64,000 nt of DNA from Novosphingobium sp. (GTDB lineage Bacteria > Pseudomonadota > Alphaproteobacteria > Sphingomonadales > Sphingomonadaceae). Below, in pieces: positions 46,241 through 57,180 of the stretch (the first letter of the stretch is position 1; the number at the start of each line of letters is the position of its first letter). The stretch is from contig JBDSIY010000102.1 of assembly GCA_039917735.1 (NCBI GenBank), forward strand, positions 3,888-67,887, given 5' to 3'. A model generated the notes under the pieces. The model did not search any database. It was given only the letters and a program-made list of their open reading frames with translations, and had not been told where the DNA came from. The translations under genes and the position numbers were made by a program.

Positions 46241-46624
46241 ATGTACCGGATTTTGGCGGTGATTCCTTTGCTTGTCGTGGCGCAACCCGCGCACGCCAGG
46301 GTTCTCGAAAGTCTGACCGATCGCTGTTCCACCTCGGTCCGGATTGAGCCGTCGCTTATTTTCTCGCAAACTCATTCAGGGATGGTCCCCGGCAGTCAGG
46401 ATCCGATCAGGCTGCACCGTACCTCGCCGGCCGGCCCGCCGACGTTCTCGGCAAAGCGCACCGTCGGCCTCACCAGCGCGCATCATTTCAAATGGTTCTG
46501 TGGTCCGAACGCGCATAATAGTGGCGGGACGCAGGAGCAGTCGCGCTGCCCGCCGGGGACGAATGCACTGCGCGCGCGCCTTGGTAGCGACCGGCTGCTT
46601 CGTGTCGAGTGCCATTCGGATTAA
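46241..46624 (+). CDS. Hypothetical secreted protein with four cysteines
   Basis: Signal peptide ending AQPAHA; own promoter and RBS; no family recognised. Confidence 0.65.
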   Translation: MYRILAVIPLLVVAQPAHARVLESLTDRCSTSVRIEPSLIFSQTHSGMVPGSQDPIRLHRTSPAGPPTFSAKRTVGLTSAHHFKWFCGPNAHNSGGTQEQSRCPPGTNALRARLGSDRLLRVECHSD

Positions 46625-46725
46625 TCCTGAACCGCGCTGTCCTGCGGCGAAGTTGCTCCGGCGGGGATATTTCGCCGACGCGGCCCGCTTTCACGCGCTG
46701 ATGGCGCGGCTAGGGATTTCGCGGC

Positions 46726-47511
46726 TTATGCCGAGACAGTTCCGATAAGCACGGGCGGCGGTTTCGTTTCCTCGGGATAGCGTGCGCCAACGAAATACAG
46801 CCCTTCCGCCGGCGCATTAAGCCCGAGCGCCGCCCGAGCGCGCGCCGCCAGCGCGTCGGCGATCCGCTCCTCCGGCCACCGCCCCAGCCCGACCAGCGCC
46901 AGGCAGCCGACCATCGAGCGCACCTGGTGCTGGAGGAAGCTGCGCGCCTCTGCCTCGACCAGTACCACGTCTCCCTCGCGCCGCACCTCGAGCCGGTCGA
47001 GCGTCTTGACCGGGCTTGCGGCCTGGCAGTGCACCGAGCGGAAGGTGGTGAAATCGTGTAGCCCGACCAGCGCCTGCGCCCCACGCTGCATCGCCTCGGC
47101 GTCGAGCGGGGGGACGATGCGCCACGCCAGCCCCCGCTCCAGCGTCAGCGGCGCGCGGCGGTTGACGATGCGATACCGATAGGCGCGGCCAACGCAGGAG
47201 AAACGCGCGTGCCAGCCTTCGGGCACAACCTCGGCAGCCAGCACTGCGATCAGCGCGGGTCGCAGATGCGCGTTCAGCGCCTCCATCAGGCGGAACGGCT
47301 TGATTTCCCTGGCAATGTCGACATGTGCCCGCATCGCCAGCGCATGCACCCCGGCGTCGGTTCGCCCGGCCGCATGCATGGTCGCCACCTCGCCAGTCAC
47401 TGCCAGCACCGCCTCCTCGATCGCCTGCTGAACCGAGGGGCCTTGCGCCTGCCGCTGTAGCCCGTTGAACGGGGTGCCGTCATATTCGAGGGTGAGGGCG
47501 AAGCGGGTCAT
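46726..47511 (-). CDS. truA: tRNA pseudouridine(38-40) synthase
   Basis: [36 protein letters not shown]. Confidence 0.97.
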   Translation of the reverse strand: MTRFALTLEYDGTPFNGLQRQAQGPSVQQAIEEAVLAVTGEVATMHAAGRTDAGVHALAMRAHVDIAREIKPFRLMEALNAHLRPALIAVLAAEVVPEGWHARFSCVGRAYRYRIVNRRAPLTLERGLAWRIVPPLDAEAMQRGAQALVGLHDFTTFRSVHCQAASPVKTLDRLEVRREGDVVLVEAEARSFLQHQVRSMVGCLALVGLGRWPEERIADALAARARAALGLNAPAEGLYFVGARYPEETKPPPVLIGTVSA

Positions 47512-47527
47512 CTATCGGGGTGAGCCG

Positions 47528-48442
47528 TCATCGGCCCAACCGGGTCCACGACGGGATCGGAAATCCTCGCAGCAGTTCCGCCGTCGCCATCTCCGGCCTC
47601 CCGGCGCGCTGAATGAGCGTTGGACGGATCGCGCCTCGCGCGCAGCCGATGGCCAACCGATCGTCGAGCACGATACCCCCGTTCCCGCCTTCACCGGCGC
47701 CGACCTCTGCCGCCAGCACCTTGAACCTCTCTTCGCCCAACTCGAAGAAGGCGCCGGGCGCGGGGGAAAAGGCGCGCACCTGCCGCTCGACCGCCTCCGC
47801 GTCTTGCGTGAAATCCAGCCGAGCCTCGTCCTTTTCAATCTTCTTTGCGTAGGTGGCGCCGTCCTTCGGCTGTGCCCGCTCGGGAAAGGGGGTCCGGTCG
47901 CCCACCACTTCGACAATCAGCTCCGCCCCCATCCGTGCGAGTTCGGCGGTAAGCGCGCCCGCTGTCTTGCCGTCGATCGCGGTCCGCGCCTCGGTCAGCA
48001 CCGGCCCGGTGTCCAGGCCCGCCTCCATCCGCATGATGCACACGCCCGTCTCCTCGTCCCCCGCCAGGATCGCCCGCTGAATCGGCGCGGCGCCACGCCA
48101 GCGCGGCAACAGCGAGGCGTGGATGTTGAGGCAACCGAGCCGGGGCGCGTCGAGCACCGCCTGCGGCAGGATCAACCCGTAGGCGGCGACTACGGCGACA
48201 TCGGCGCCTAGCGCAGCGAAGCTCGCTTGCTCGTCCGCCCCCTTGAGCGACACCGGACAACGCACTTCGATGGCGCGCGACTCAGCCTCGCGCTGCACGG
48301 GGGAGGGGGTCAACGCTCGCCCGCGCCTTCCTCCGGGCCGGGGCGGCTGGGTGTAGGCAGCGACTACTTCATGCCCCGCCTCGATCAGGGCAACTAGCGC
48401 CGGCACCGCGAAATCGGGCGTACCCATGAAAACGATGCGCAT
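47528..48442 (-). CDS. fmt: Methionyl-tRNA formyltransferase
   Basis: [36 protein letters not shown]. Confidence 0.97.
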   Translation of the reverse strand: MRIVFMGTPDFAVPALVALIEAGHEVVAAYTQPPRPGGRRGRALTPSPVQREAESRAIEVRCPVSLKGADEQASFAALGADVAVVAAYGLILPQAVLDAPRLGCLNIHASLLPRWRGAAPIQRAILAGDEETGVCIMRMEAGLDTGPVLTEARTAIDGKTAGALTAELARMGAELIVEVVGDRTPFPERAQPKDGATYAKKIEKDEARLDFTQDAEAVERQVRAFSPAPGAFFELGEERFKVLAAEVGAGEGGNGGIVLDDRLAIGCARGAIRPTLIQRAGRPEMATAELLRGFPIPSWTRLGR

Positions 48443-48448
48443 GGCCGA

Positions 48449-48474
48449 CGCTCATCCTGAGCCTGTCGAAGGAC
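48449..48474 (+). repeat. Sphingomonad REP-like element (half copy)
   Basis: CGCTCATCCTGAGCCTGTCGAAGGAC resembles the recurrent sphingomonad GTCCTGAGCTTGTCGAAGG repeat (from recall). Confidence 0.45.
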
Positions 48475-48514
48475 CGGCTTTCCGTTTTGTTCCGCGCGCC
48501 CTATCTGGGCCACC

Positions 48515-49111
48515 ATGGCATCGCAAGAGATCGAGGCGCTCACCTCCGCCCTGTCGCGGCTCCCCGGGCTCGGCCCGCGCTCGGCGCGGCGCGCGGTGAT
48601 CTGGCTGATCAAGCGCCGGGAAACAGCCCTGGTGCAGCTGGTCGAGGCGCTAGAGGCGGTGCGCGGCAGCCTCGTCGAATGCGCCACCTGCGGCAACGTC
48701 GATACGCGCGATCCTTGCGCGATCTGCGCCGATGCGCGCAGAGACGCCCGCGCGCTCTGCGTCGTCGAGGATGTCGCCGATCTCTGGGCGCTCGATCGCT
48801 CGCGGCTGTTTGCCGGGCGCTATCACGTGCTCGGCGGGCGGCTCTCAGCTTTGGAGGGGGTGCGGCCCGAAGATCTGACCATCGACCGGCTGCTCGCCCG
48901 CGTCGCCGCCGGCGGCATCGATGAGGTGGTGCTGGCGATGAACGCGACGCTGGAAGGGCAGACCACCGCCCATTACCTCGCCGAGCGGCTCGAAACATTT
49001 CCGCTCCGCATCACCCAGCTCGCGCATGGCCTGCCGGTCGGCGGCGAGCTCGATTATCTCGACGAGGGCACGCTCGCCCAGGCGATCCGCGCGAGGCGGC
49101 CGGTGGGCTAG
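48515..49111 (+). CDS. recR: Recombination mediator RecR
   Basis: [12 protein letters not shown]4 zinc finger CATCGN...[36 protein letters not shown]. Confidence 0.97.
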   Translation: MASQEIEALTSALSRLPGLGPRSARRAVIWLIKRRETALVQLVEALEAVRGSLVECATCGNVDTRDPCAICADARRDARALCVVEDVADLWALDRSRLFAGRYHVLGGRLSALEGVRPEDLTIDRLLARVAAGGIDEVVLAMNATLEGQTTAHYLAERLETFPLRITQLAHGLPVGGELDYLDEGTLAQAIRARRPVG

Positions 49112-49120
49112 CGGCAGCGA

Positions 49121-49513
49121 CTAGCTGCTCGGCGGCGCGTCGGCGATGATCGACTCGGTGTGGAGCGAGCATTTCCAAGTGCCGTCGCTCCTGACCCAGG
49201 TGCTGGCATCGGCGCAGTGAAGGTCCATGTCCTTGTCGCCCATCGAGCCTTGCTGGTGAACCTTGTAGGCGATCACCGCGACATCGGGCGTGGGAAATAC
49301 CACCGCGACATCGCTGAATTCGAAGCGGTCGAGCGACCATTTCCCGTCGCGCGTCATTTCGCCATATTTGTCGGGATCGATCCTCATCGCGCCGTGCGGG
49401 CCGGTGACCAGACATTCCTCGGCGATCATGGCCATTGCGGCAGCCACGTCTTTCTCCACCATCGATTGCCAGAAGCGCGTCTCCAGCCCGACGATTTCGT
49501 CCGATGCGGCCAT
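49121..49513 (-). CDS. NTF2-like (DUF4440) protein
   Basis: EIVGLETRFWQSM.EKD, DVAVIAYKV, DASTWVR.DG.WKCSLHTE. Confidence 0.85.
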   Translation of the reverse strand: MAASDEIVGLETRFWQSMVEKDVAAAMAMIAEECLVTGPHGAMRIDPDKYGEMTRDGKWSLDRFEFSDVAVVFPTPDVAVIAYKVHQQGSMGDKDMDLHCADASTWVRSDGTWKCSLHTESIIADAPPSS

Positions 49514-49565
49514 GGTTGTTCTCCTACGTGCCCGCAACGCCGCCGCCGCCGCCGGGTTCCTGCTG

Positions 49566-49594
49566 TTGACCCGACGGGCCGCGATCCTTACCTT
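49566..49594 (+). promoter_or_regulatory. Sigma70-type promoter of def, probably giving a leaderless mRNA
   Basis: TTGACC-N17-TACCTT ends 6 nt before ATG 49601; no SD sequence. Confidence 0.45.
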
Positions 49595-49600
49595 CAAGCC

Positions 49601-50167
49601 ATGGCCATTCGTCACATCATCGCCATGCCGGACCCCCGGCTGAAGGTGAAATCCGCACCGGTCGAGCGCTTCGACGAGGCGTTGTGCGCGCTCGTTTCCG
49701 ACATGTTCGAGACGATGTACGACGCCCCCGGCATCGGCCTCGCCGCGATCCAGATCGGCGTGCCGCAGCGGGTGCTGGTGATCGACCTGCAGGAGCGCGA
49801 CGCCGACGCGGAGCCGGAACGGCGTGGCGACGAGGATAGCGGGGACGATCATGGCGCGGTGAGGCACGACCCGCTCGTCTTCATCAATCCCGAGATTTTC
49901 GACCCTTCCGAGGAACTGTCGATCTACAACGAGGGCTGCCTGTCGGTGCCCGAGATCTACGCCGAGGTCGAGCGCCCGGCACGAATCCATGCCCGCTGGC
50001 AGGACCTGGATGGCGCAGTGCACGAGGCTGAAATCGACGGCTTGCTGGCGACCTGTCTGCAGCATGAGATGGACCACCTCGAAGGCATATTGTTCGTGGA
50101 CCGGCTGTCGCGCCTCAAGCGGCAGATGGCTCTCAAGAAGCTGGGAAAGGCCCGCAAGGCGGCGTGA
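49601..50167 (+). CDS. def: Peptide deformylase
   Basis: GIGLAAIQIG, EGCLS, QHEMDHLEG. Confidence 0.97.
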   Translation: MAIRHIIAMPDPRLKVKSAPVERFDEALCALVSDMFETMYDAPGIGLAAIQIGVPQRVLVIDLQERDADAEPERRGDEDSGDDHGAVRHDPLVFINPEIFDPSEELSIYNEGCLSVPEIYAEVERPARIHARWQDLDGAVHEAEIDGLLATCLQHEMDHLEGILFVDRLSRLKRQMALKKLGKARKAA

Positions 50168-50263
50168 TCGGCCCAAGGATCGAGTCCAGCAGTTGTGGAC
50201 AACCTCTAAAGCCTCGGCCGGGTGCGCGGTAACGCACTTGCGCAGAAGCTGATGTCGAGCTAG

Positions 50264-50278
50264 GTTCCCTTTTCGTTC
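50264..50278 (+). promoter_or_regulatory. Alphaproteobacterial LexA (SOS) box
   Basis: GTTC-CCTTTTC-GTTC (GTTC-N7-GTTC), 15 nt before the rmuC start. Confidence 0.7.
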
Positions 50279-50293
50279 CAGAAGGGGCATCGC

Positions 50294-51727
50294 TTGTCAC
50301 TCGCAGCCGTAATCATCTTCGCGTTGCTTGTTGGGCTTGCCGTCGGCGGCGCGCTCGGCTGGCTGACGGGTTCGCGCCCGGCGTACGACTGGCGTGAGCG
50401 CTTCCAGGCGCGCGATGCCGAGGCGCGCGAGGGTGAGGCAAAGTTCCTGCGGACCTTCGCCGACCTGGAAGCGGCGCGCGAGCGTGCGGGGCGGGTGGAC
50501 GGCCTCGCTGGGGAGCTGGCCGAGGTTCGCGCGGCGCGCGAGGTGCTCGCCACCGAACTGGCGACGCTCAAGGCGAACGCCGCCAACTTCGACGAAAAGG
50601 AGCGGCTGCTGCTCGACGCGCAGGAAGCGCTGAAGAAGGAGTTCGAGGTCGCTGGCGCCAAGGTGCTCGAAGGCGCGCAAGAGGCGTTCCTGCGGCGCGC
50701 CAACCAGCGCTTCGAGGAGAGCGAAAAGGCGAGCGGAGAGCGGCTTGCCACGCTGCTCGCGCCGGTCGACCAGCGGCTCAAGCGCTATGAAGACCAGGTA
50801 ACGCTTCTGGAGAAGCAGCGCATCGAGGGATTCGGTCAGTTGGTCGGCGTGATCGAGGAAGTGCGCAAGGGCCAGGACGACGTCCGGCGCGAAGCGCAGC
50901 GCCTCGGTAATGCCCTGACCAACGCTCCCAAGGCGCGGGGCCGCTGGGGCGAGCGGGCGCTGCAGAATGTCCTCGAACAATGCGGGCTTGCCGAACACAC
51001 CGATTTTCACCTCGAACAATCGATCGAATCCGATGATGGACGGCTCCGGCCCGATGCCATCGTTCGAGTCCCTGGTCAGAAGAAGCTGGTGATCGATGCG
51101 AAGGTCTCTCTCAACGCTTACCAGGCCGCCTTCGAGTCGAACGACGACGCGGAACGAAAGCGCCACCTCGACCTCCACGCGCGCTCGATGCGCAACCATG
51201 TCCAGACACTCGGCGCGAAAAGCTATCAGAGCCAGTTCGAAGAGGCGCCCGACTACGTCGTGATGTTCGTGCCGGGCGAGCATTTCGTTGCTGCCGCGCT
51301 CGAACACGATCCTGAGTTGTGGGATTTCGCCTTCCGTAACCGGGTGCTGCTGGCAACGCCGACCAATCTCGTCGCCATCGCTCGGACCGTGGCGATGGTC
51401 TGGACGCAAGACAAGCTTGCGCGAGAAGCAGGGGAAATTGGCCGTTTGGGCGCCGAACTTTACGAACGCATGGCGACCGCCGGCGAGCACCTCAAGGGCG
51501 TGGGGGCGGGACTCGACCGGGCGGTCAGAAAATACAATGATTTCGTCGGCAGCTATGAACGAAACGTCCTGTCGTCGGGCCGCAGGCTGCGTGACAAGGG
51601 CATCGCAATCGGCAAGCGTGAAATCGAGGACATTTCGTTCGTGGATGCCAACGCGCGCTATGCTGAAGCCGGGGAAACGAAGGTGCTGCCTCTGGTCGGG
51701 GCGGCCAGTAACGCGGGAGCCGCCTGA
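50294..51727 (+). CDS. rmuC: DNA recombination protein RmuC
   Basis: N-terminal TM, coiled coil, RGRWGE, RPDAIV..PG.K.LVIDAKVS, DYVVMFVPGE, LATPTNL. Confidence 0.95.
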   Translation: MSLAAVIIFALLVGLAVGGALGWLTGSRPAYDWRERFQARDAEAREGEAKFLRTFADLEAARERAGRVDGLAGELAEVRAAREVLATELATLKANAANFDEKERLLLDAQEALKKEFEVAGAKVLEGAQEAFLRRANQRFEESEKASGERLATLLAPVDQRLKRYEDQVTLLEKQRIEGFGQLVGVIEEVRKGQDDVRREAQRLGNALTNAPKARGRWGERALQNVLEQCGLAEHTDFHLEQSIESDDGRLRPDAIVRVPGQKKLVIDAKVSLNAYQAAFESNDDAERKRHLDLHARSMRNHVQTLGAKSYQSQFEEAPDYVVMFVPGEHFVAAALEHDPELWDFAFRNRVLLATPTNLVAIARTVAMVWTQDKLAREAGEIGRLGAELYERMATAGEHLKGVGAGLDRAVRKYNDFVGSYERNVLSSGRRLRDKGIAIGKREIEDISFVDANARYAEAGETKVLPLVGAASNAGAA

Positions 51728-51734
51728 GACGCTT

Positions 51735-52541
51735 TCAGCGCTCTATCCCCGCCAGCGCCTCATAGGCCAGCACCGCCGCCGCCACCGCCGCGTTGAGGCT
51801 GTCGGCTCGGCCGCGCATCGGGATGGTGACGCGCAGGTCGCAGGCATCCTCGTAAGCTTCGGGCAGACCGCGCGATTCGTTGCCGACCATGAGGAAGCAC
51901 GGCGCCGCATAGGGAGCGCCGCGATAGGGCTGCGCGTCCCGCAACGATGCGGCGACGAGCTGGCCTTCGCCCGCGCGGAGCCAGGCGATGAACTCTTCCC
52001 AGCGCGCCGTCGCCACCTGTTGTGTAAAGATCGCGCCCATGCTCGCCCGCACCGCTTCGACCGAGAACGGGTCGGCGCAATCGTCGAGCAGGATCAGCCC
52101 GCCGGCGCCGACCGCGTCGCCGGTGCGCAGCATCGTGCCGAGGTTGCCCGGATCGCGCAGCGCCTGGGCGACCAGCCAGATCGGCGCGGCGGCGCGGTCG
52201 ATCGCCGTCAACTGCGTGTCGAACTCGGCGAACACGCCGGCGACGGCCTGTGGATTGTCCTTGCCGGTGACCTTGGCGAGGATATCCTCGTCCATCTCGA
52301 TCACCTCGCCGCCGGCCGCGGCAACCGCCTCCTCGATCGCGTCAAGCAGCGGATGCGGATCGCGCCCGGCCGCCATGATCAGCATTTTCGGAAGAATGCC
52401 GCACTCGCGCGCGTCGGCCAGCAGGCGCAGTCCCTCGGCGAGGAACCGCTTCTCGCGCCGCCGGTGCTTCTTGTCGCGCAAGGCCCGGAGCGACTTGACC
52501 AGCGGATTCGAGAAGCCGGTGATGACCCGCCGCACCGGCAC
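51735..52541 (-). CDS. TrmH/SpoU family RNA methyltransferase
   Basis: RDPGNLGTMLRT, GNESRGL, IPMRGRADSLNAAVA. Confidence 0.93.
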   Translation of the reverse strand: MPVRRVITGFSNPLVKSLRALRDKKHRRREKRFLAEGLRLLADARECGILPKMLIMAAGRDPHPLLDAIEEAVAAAGGEVIEMDEDILAKVTGKDNPQAVAGVFAEFDTQLTAIDRAAAPIWLVAQALRDPGNLGTMLRTGDAVGAGGLILLDDCADPFSVEAVRASMGAIFTQQVATARWEEFIAWLRAGEGQLVAASLRDAQPYRGAPYAAPCFLMVGNESRGLPEAYEDACDLRVTIPMRGRADSLNAAVAAAVLAYEALAGIER

Positions 52542-52820
52542 CTATTCCTCTCCGAAGCCGTCCCTGACCAGCCCGGCGAGCTGCGCCATGGCCTGCTCGG
52601 CGCCATTGCCGGACACGCGAATCTCGATGTGCTCGCCCTTCGCCGCGCCCAGCATCATCAGTCCCAGGATCGAGCCGCCGGCGGCCTCCGAGCCGTCCTT
52701 GTGCACCGACACATCAACCCCTGAGGGCAGTTCGGCGACGATGTTGACGAATTTGGCGCTGGCCCGGGCGTGGAGCCCGCGCTTGTTGACGATCAACACC
52801 GTCTCGCAAAGCCCGCTCAC
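52542..52820 (-). CDS. HPr/NPr phosphocarrier
   Basis: NKRGLHARASAKFV, SILGLMMLGA. Confidence 0.95.
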   Translation of the reverse strand: MSGLCETVLIVNKRGLHARASAKFVNIVAELPSGVDVSVHKDGSEAAGGSILGLMMLGAAKGEHIEIRVSGNGAEQAMAQLAGLVRDGFGEE

Positions 52821-53221
52821 GCGATCTGCCCGAGGTATTCGGAAGCGACGGTGATATAATTGCGGCCCGCCTCACGCGCGGCCGCGACGGCATCGCTCAC
52901 CGTCATGCAGCGCCGCGCCTTGGCGAGCCGGATCAGCATCGGCAGGTTGATGCCGGCGATCACCTCGACCGCGCCTGCCCGCATCAGCGAAATCGCCAGG
53001 TTCGAAGGGGTGCCGCCGAACAGATCGGTGAGAATGATCGTGCCTTCGCCGGTATCCACCTCGGCGATCGCGTCGGCGATCTCGCGTCTGCGCCGCTCCA
53101 TGTCGTCGTTCGGACCGATGCAGACCGTGACCACCCCATCCTGATGGCCGACGACATGCTGCATGGCAGCGACGAACTCTTCGGCGAGGTTGCCGTGGGT
53201 GACGAGGATCAACCCGATCAT
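52817..53221 (-). CDS. PTS EIIA (mannose/fructose-type)
   Basis: LVTHG.LA, LTDLFGGTPSN, GINLPML. Confidence 0.95.
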   Translation of the reverse strand: MIGLILVTHGNLAEEFVAAMQHVVGHQDGVVTVCIGPNDDMERRRREIADAIAEVDTGEGTIILTDLFGGTPSNLAISLMRAGAVEVIAGINLPMLIRLAKARRCMTVSDAVAAAREAGRNYITVASEYLGQIA

Positions 53222-53263
53222 ATCAGCACGCGCCCCGCCGGCCGGAGAGCATCGACAGAATGT

Positions 53264-54202
53264 TCATTGCGCCGCCCCTCGTTCCAGAAGATCCACCGTT
53301 CGCGAACTCAAGTTGCGGTGCAGCAATGTGAGCGCGAATCCCGCGCCGCGCAAGGTCGCCGCGATTTGTTCGGCAGTAAACACCGAGCGATGCCGGCCGC
53401 CGGTGCAGCCGAAGGCGATATGCACATAGGCCTTGCCCTGCGCCTGATAGCGGGGGATCAGCAGCAGCAGCAGGTCGCGGATTCGCGCGAATGCTTCGGT
53501 GAAGCTCGGGTCCTTGCGGATATGGTCGCCCACCGCTGCGTCTTGCCCGGTCAGCGGGCGCAGCTCGGGGTCCCAGTGCGGATTGTCGAGAAAACGCATG
53601 TCGAAAACCAGGTCCGGGGCAGGGGGCGTACCCCGCGCAAAGCCGAAACTCGAAATGGTGATCGTCATCGTCTGGCTGCCCGTCGGAGAGAATCGCTCCC
53701 GAACGACCTGCTGCAGTTCGTTGGCGGTGAACTCCGATGTGTCAATGACGGCATCGGCGCGGAGGCGCAGCGGTTCGAGCAGTTCGCGTTCCGCCGCCAC
53801 GCCAGCGGCAACCGGCATGTCGCCCGCCAAGGGATGGCGATGCCGCGTCTCGTTGTAGCGCCGCTCCAGTTCCCTTCCCGAGCAGTCCAGGAACAGCATT
53901 GTCGAATCCAGTTCGGACCGGGCGGCCAGACGCGTGACCAACGCCATGATGGCGTGCGGGTTGAAGCCGCGCGTCCGCGAATCGAAGCCGAGCGCCAGCG
54001 GCGGGCGCGGGGCGCCGTCTTCCTGCTCGGCATGATCGATCACCCGTTCCAGCAAGCGGATCGGAAAGTTGTCGATGACTTCCCAGCCCAGGTCCTCAAG
54101 CTCGCGCAGCGCCGTGGTCTTGCCTGCGCCCAGCAGGCCGGTGACGAGCAGCACCGGCTGCCTGCCCTGGCTGGCGCTCCTGTCATCGGATCGGTCCGGC
54201 AT
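53264..54202 (-). CDS. rapZ: RNase adapter RapZ (P-loop)
   Basis: VTGLLGAGKT, DNFP, ETRHRHPL, SFGF, FDMRFLDNP, GCTGGRHRSV. Confidence 0.93.
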   Translation of the reverse strand: MPDRSDDRSASQGRQPVLLVTGLLGAGKTTALRELEDLGWEVIDNFPIRLLERVIDHAEQEDGAPRPPLALGFDSRTRGFNPHAIMALVTRLAARSELDSTMLFLDCSGRELERRYNETRHRHPLAGDMPVAAGVAAERELLEPLRLRADAVIDTSEFTANELQQVVRERFSPTGSQTMTITISSFGFARGTPPAPDLVFDMRFLDNPHWDPELRPLTGQDAAVGDHIRKDPSFTEAFARIRDLLLLLIPRYQAQGKAYVHIAFGCTGGRHRSVFTAEQIAATLRGAGFALTLLHRNLSSRTVDLLERGAAQ

Positions 54203-54293
54203 GGAACGATGGCTAGTGCGCGCAATTGCGGCGGATGGGAAGGGAATTGGCTGTTGCGCATGCGGACAGATTGTTCCGCGGCGGCACGATCGG

Positions 54294-54716
54294 TCAGCGC
54301 GGTGGGTCGGCGAAGCGTGCCCAGGCCAGCTCGGCCTTGATGGGGAGGATCGGCTCGTGCGGCGTCAGCCGGAGCATCGGCACGGCGACCCCCAGCAGCT
54401 CGATCCGCTCGGCGTTCTCGACATAGCGCGGCGCTTCGGGATCGAGCCGCAGGATCAGGCCAACCGGCGCGGGCGCGGCAGTGGGACGGCGGATGAGGCC
54501 GAGGTTGCGCACCTCGACCAGGCCGGCGGTGGCGGGATGCGGTGCAGCGAGCACGCGCCCCCCCCGCGCCTCGATCAGCACCCCATCGTCGCCGATCAGC
54601 ACCGCGCCCCGGTCGATCAGCGCCAACGCGAGGCTTGTCTTGCCGCTGCCCGGCGGACCCTCGATCACCAGCGCGCCGCCGCCAAGCGCGACGCAACTTG
54701 CCTGGTGCGGAATCAT
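54294..54716 (-). CDS. hprK: Short HPr kinase/phosphorylase
   Basis: HQASCV, GPPGSGKTSLAL, LIGDD, GLVEVRNLG. Confidence 0.9.
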   Translation of the reverse strand: MIPHQASCVALGGGALVIEGPPGSGKTSLALALIDRGAVLIGDDGVLIEARGGRVLAAPHPATAGLVEVRNLGLIRRPTAAPAPVGLILRLDPEAPRYVENAERIELLGVAVPMLRLTPHEPILPIKAELAWARFADPPR

Positions 54717-56281
54717 CAGGCGGGCTCCCAGGCGGGCAGGTCGATCATCATGCAGGCGCCCGGCTGGCCATCGCGCCGGTCGCTGGCCGTAAGCATACCG
54801 TAGTGCGCCTCGACGATGGTCCGGGCGATGGCGAGGCCGAGGCCGCTATGGCTGGCGAAATCCTCGCCAGCCGGCCGCAGCGAATGGAACCGCGCGAACA
54901 CCTTCTCGCGAGCGTCCGTCGCAATTCCGGGGCCATGATCGCTGATCGCGATCATCACCCGGTCCGGGGTGCGTCTGAGTTCCACCTCGATCGCAGCTCT
55001 CGCCGGCGAGAAGGAGACGGCGTTGTCGAGGAGGTTGTGCAGCACCCGTTCGAGCCGGAGCGCATCGCCGCCGACGTTCATCGCCGCATCTTCGGCGCGG
55101 ATGATACGGATCGGGCAGCCGCCGTTGGCGCCGCGCTGCTCGCGTTCGGCCACCAGCGCATTCGCCAGCTTCAGCATGTCGACCGGCTCGAAGGCGGTGC
55201 GGCTGAGTTCGGCGTCGATCCGGCTGGCGTCGGCGATCTCGGTCACCAGCCGGTCGATGCGGCGGACGTCGTGCGCGGCGATTTCGGCGAGCTGACGGCG
55301 CAGAACCGGATCCTCCACCCGGTCCAGCGCCTCGAGCGCGCTGCGCAGCGAGGTGAGCGGGTTTTTCAGTTCATGCGCGACATCGGCGGCGAAACTTTCG
55401 ACCGCGTCGATCCGCTGGCGCAGCGCCGCCGTCATGTCCGAGATCGCCCTCGCCAGAAGCCCGATCTCGTCGCGGCGATCGGGCAGGCGCGGCACTACGA
55501 CCTCGCGATCTCGGCCGAGGCGGACGCGGACCGCGGCGCGCACCAGCGTGCGCAGCGGGCGGACGATGGTCCTCGCGAGGAACAGCGACAGCAGCACGGA
55601 AACGGCCAGCGCGACCCCGACGACGATCGCGAGCGTACCACGCGCGTCGCGCACGCTCTGGGTGACATCGGTGGAATTTCGCGTCGTCAGCAAAACCTCG
55701 CCGCTGGGGCCGACCCTTGCCGCTGCAGTGATCACCGGCGTGCGGTCGGGCGCGAGTCGCTGCGCCGTCACCGTATGCCCGCTTTGCGCGGCGGCGCTGA
55801 TCTCTGGCCAGTCCGGTGCGTTGGACGCCTGCGGGTCCCGGTAGGCCGGGATAGACGGAGCTCCGAGCAGCAGATCCATGCCACGGTCGAGCAGCCGCGC
55901 GGCCTGCTGATACCACGGCTCTGTGGCCGGATCGATGAAGGCGAAGGAGGGCGGGGCGAGGCTGAAGCTGTCCGCGAGCAGTGTGCCGTCGGCGCTGAAC
56001 AGCTGCAGCCGCAGGTGTCGCCGCGTCCCGATCCGGCCGATCATCCGCGCGCGCTCGAACGGCGCGGCATCGCGCAGCGCATCGGCGGTGATCTGCGCCT
56101 CCGCGCGGGCGAGGCTGAAGCGTTCGGCCAGCAGCTGTTTGCGGTAGCTGTCGAGATAGAACAGGCTGCCGGCCATCAGCCCGAGCGCGATGATATTGAC
56201 GGCGAGGATGCGGGCGGTGAGCGAGACACGGGGGGTCCACCTACGCCGCTCTGTCCTTGCGCTCGGCCGCGCCTCAACCAT
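54716..56281 (-). CDS. chvG: Sensor histidine kinase ChvG/ExoS
   Basis: [51 protein letters not shown]. Confidence 0.92.
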   Translation of the reverse strand: MVEARPSARTERRRWTPRVSLTARILAVNIIALGLMAGSLFYLDSYRKQLLAERFSLARAEAQITADALRDAAPFERARMIGRIGTRRHLRLQLFSADGTLLADSFSLAPPSFAFIDPATEPWYQQAARLLDRGMDLLLGAPSIPAYRDPQASNAPDWPEISAAAQSGHTVTAQRLAPDRTPVITAAARVGPSGEVLLTTRNSTDVTQSVRDARGTLAIVVGVALAVSVLLSLFLARTIVRPLRTLVRAAVRVRLGRDREVVVPRLPDRRDEIGLLARAISDMTAALRQRIDAVESFAADVAHELKNPLTSLRSALEALDRVEDPVLRRQLAEIAAHDVRRIDRLVTEIADASRIDAELSRTAFEPVDMLKLANALVAEREQRGANGGCPIRIIRAEDAAMNVGGDALRLERVLHNLLDNAVSFSPARAAIEVELRRTPDRVMIAISDHGPGIATDAREKVFARFHSLRPAGEDFASHSGLGLAIARTIVEAHYGMLTASDRRDGQPGACMMIDLPAWEPA

Positions 56282-57056
56282 CTGTGTAGGAATAGCCGGC
56301 GCCGTACAGCGTTTCGATCGCGCCAAACCCGCCGTCCACCTGTCGAAACTTGCGGCGCAGGCGCTTGATGTGGCTGTCGATCGTGCGGTCGTCGACGAAA
56401 ATGTCATCGCTGTAGGCGGCGTCCATCAGCTGGTTGCGGCTTTTTACCACCCCGGGGCGTAGCGCCATGGCTTCCAGGATCAGGAACTCGGTGACGGTCA
56501 GCGACACCGGTCGGTCTGCCCAGCTTACCTCGTGCCTCGCCGGGTCCATCACCAGCCGGCCACGTCGGATCGGATCGGGCAGGCTTTCGGCGGATTCGGC
56601 CCCGGGCACGATCCGCGCAAGCTCGCTTCGGCGCAGGATGGCGCGGATGCGCGCGACGAGCAGCCGCAGGCTGAATGGCTTGACGATGTAATCGTCGGCG
56701 CCGAGCGCCAGGCCTAGCGCTTCGTCGGGCTCGGCGTCCATCGAGGTTAGAAAGATGACTGGCAGCGCCGATCGCGCGCGCAGTCGTTCGAGCAGGCGCA
56801 GCCCGTCCAGGCGCGGCATCTTGATGTCGAAGATCGCCAGGTCCGGCGGATTGTCGAGCAGCGCCTTCAGCGCCGTCTCGCCGTCGCTATACACCCGGGT
56901 CGCAAATCCTTCGGCTTGCAGCGCGATCGACACCGTGGTCAGGATGTTGCGGTCATCATCGACGAGCGCGACGCATTGCTGCGGTCTTGGCTGAGGAGCC
57001 GGCGAAGCCGCCTCGGCCGTGTCGTCGATCGTGGCGGGAGAGGTCGGGTCGGCCAT
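56274..57056 (-). CDS. chvI: Response regulator ChvI (OmpR family)
   Basis: [51 protein letters not shown]; alternative start at 57080. Confidence 0.94.
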   Translation of the reverse strand: MADPTSPATIDDTAEAASPAPQPRPQQCVALVDDDRNILTTVSIALQAEGFATRVYSDGETALKALLDNPPDLAIFDIKMPRLDGLRLLERLRARSALPVIFLTSMDAEPDEALGLALGADDYIVKPFSLRLLVARIRAILRRSELARIVPGAESAESLPDPIRRGRLVMDPARHEVSWADRPVSLTVTEFLILEAMALRPGVVKSRNQLMDAAYSDDIFVDDRTIDSHIKRLRRKFRQVDGGFGAIETLYGAGYSYTDG

Positions 57057-57180
57057 ATAAAGCCTGAAAGCATCATCCATTGAAGCAGGGGTACGGCCCT
57101 GCCTAGCGGCGGTGGCCACGGCTTACAACGCGCCTGCGGCAAGCGCGATAGGACTCGTGTTTTTCCGGGGACGGGTTAGT

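Noticed and set aside
54294-54716. Short HPr kinase as a truncated gene
   Set aside because: Lacking the N-terminal domain is normal for alphaproteobacterial HprK in the chvG-rapZ cluster.
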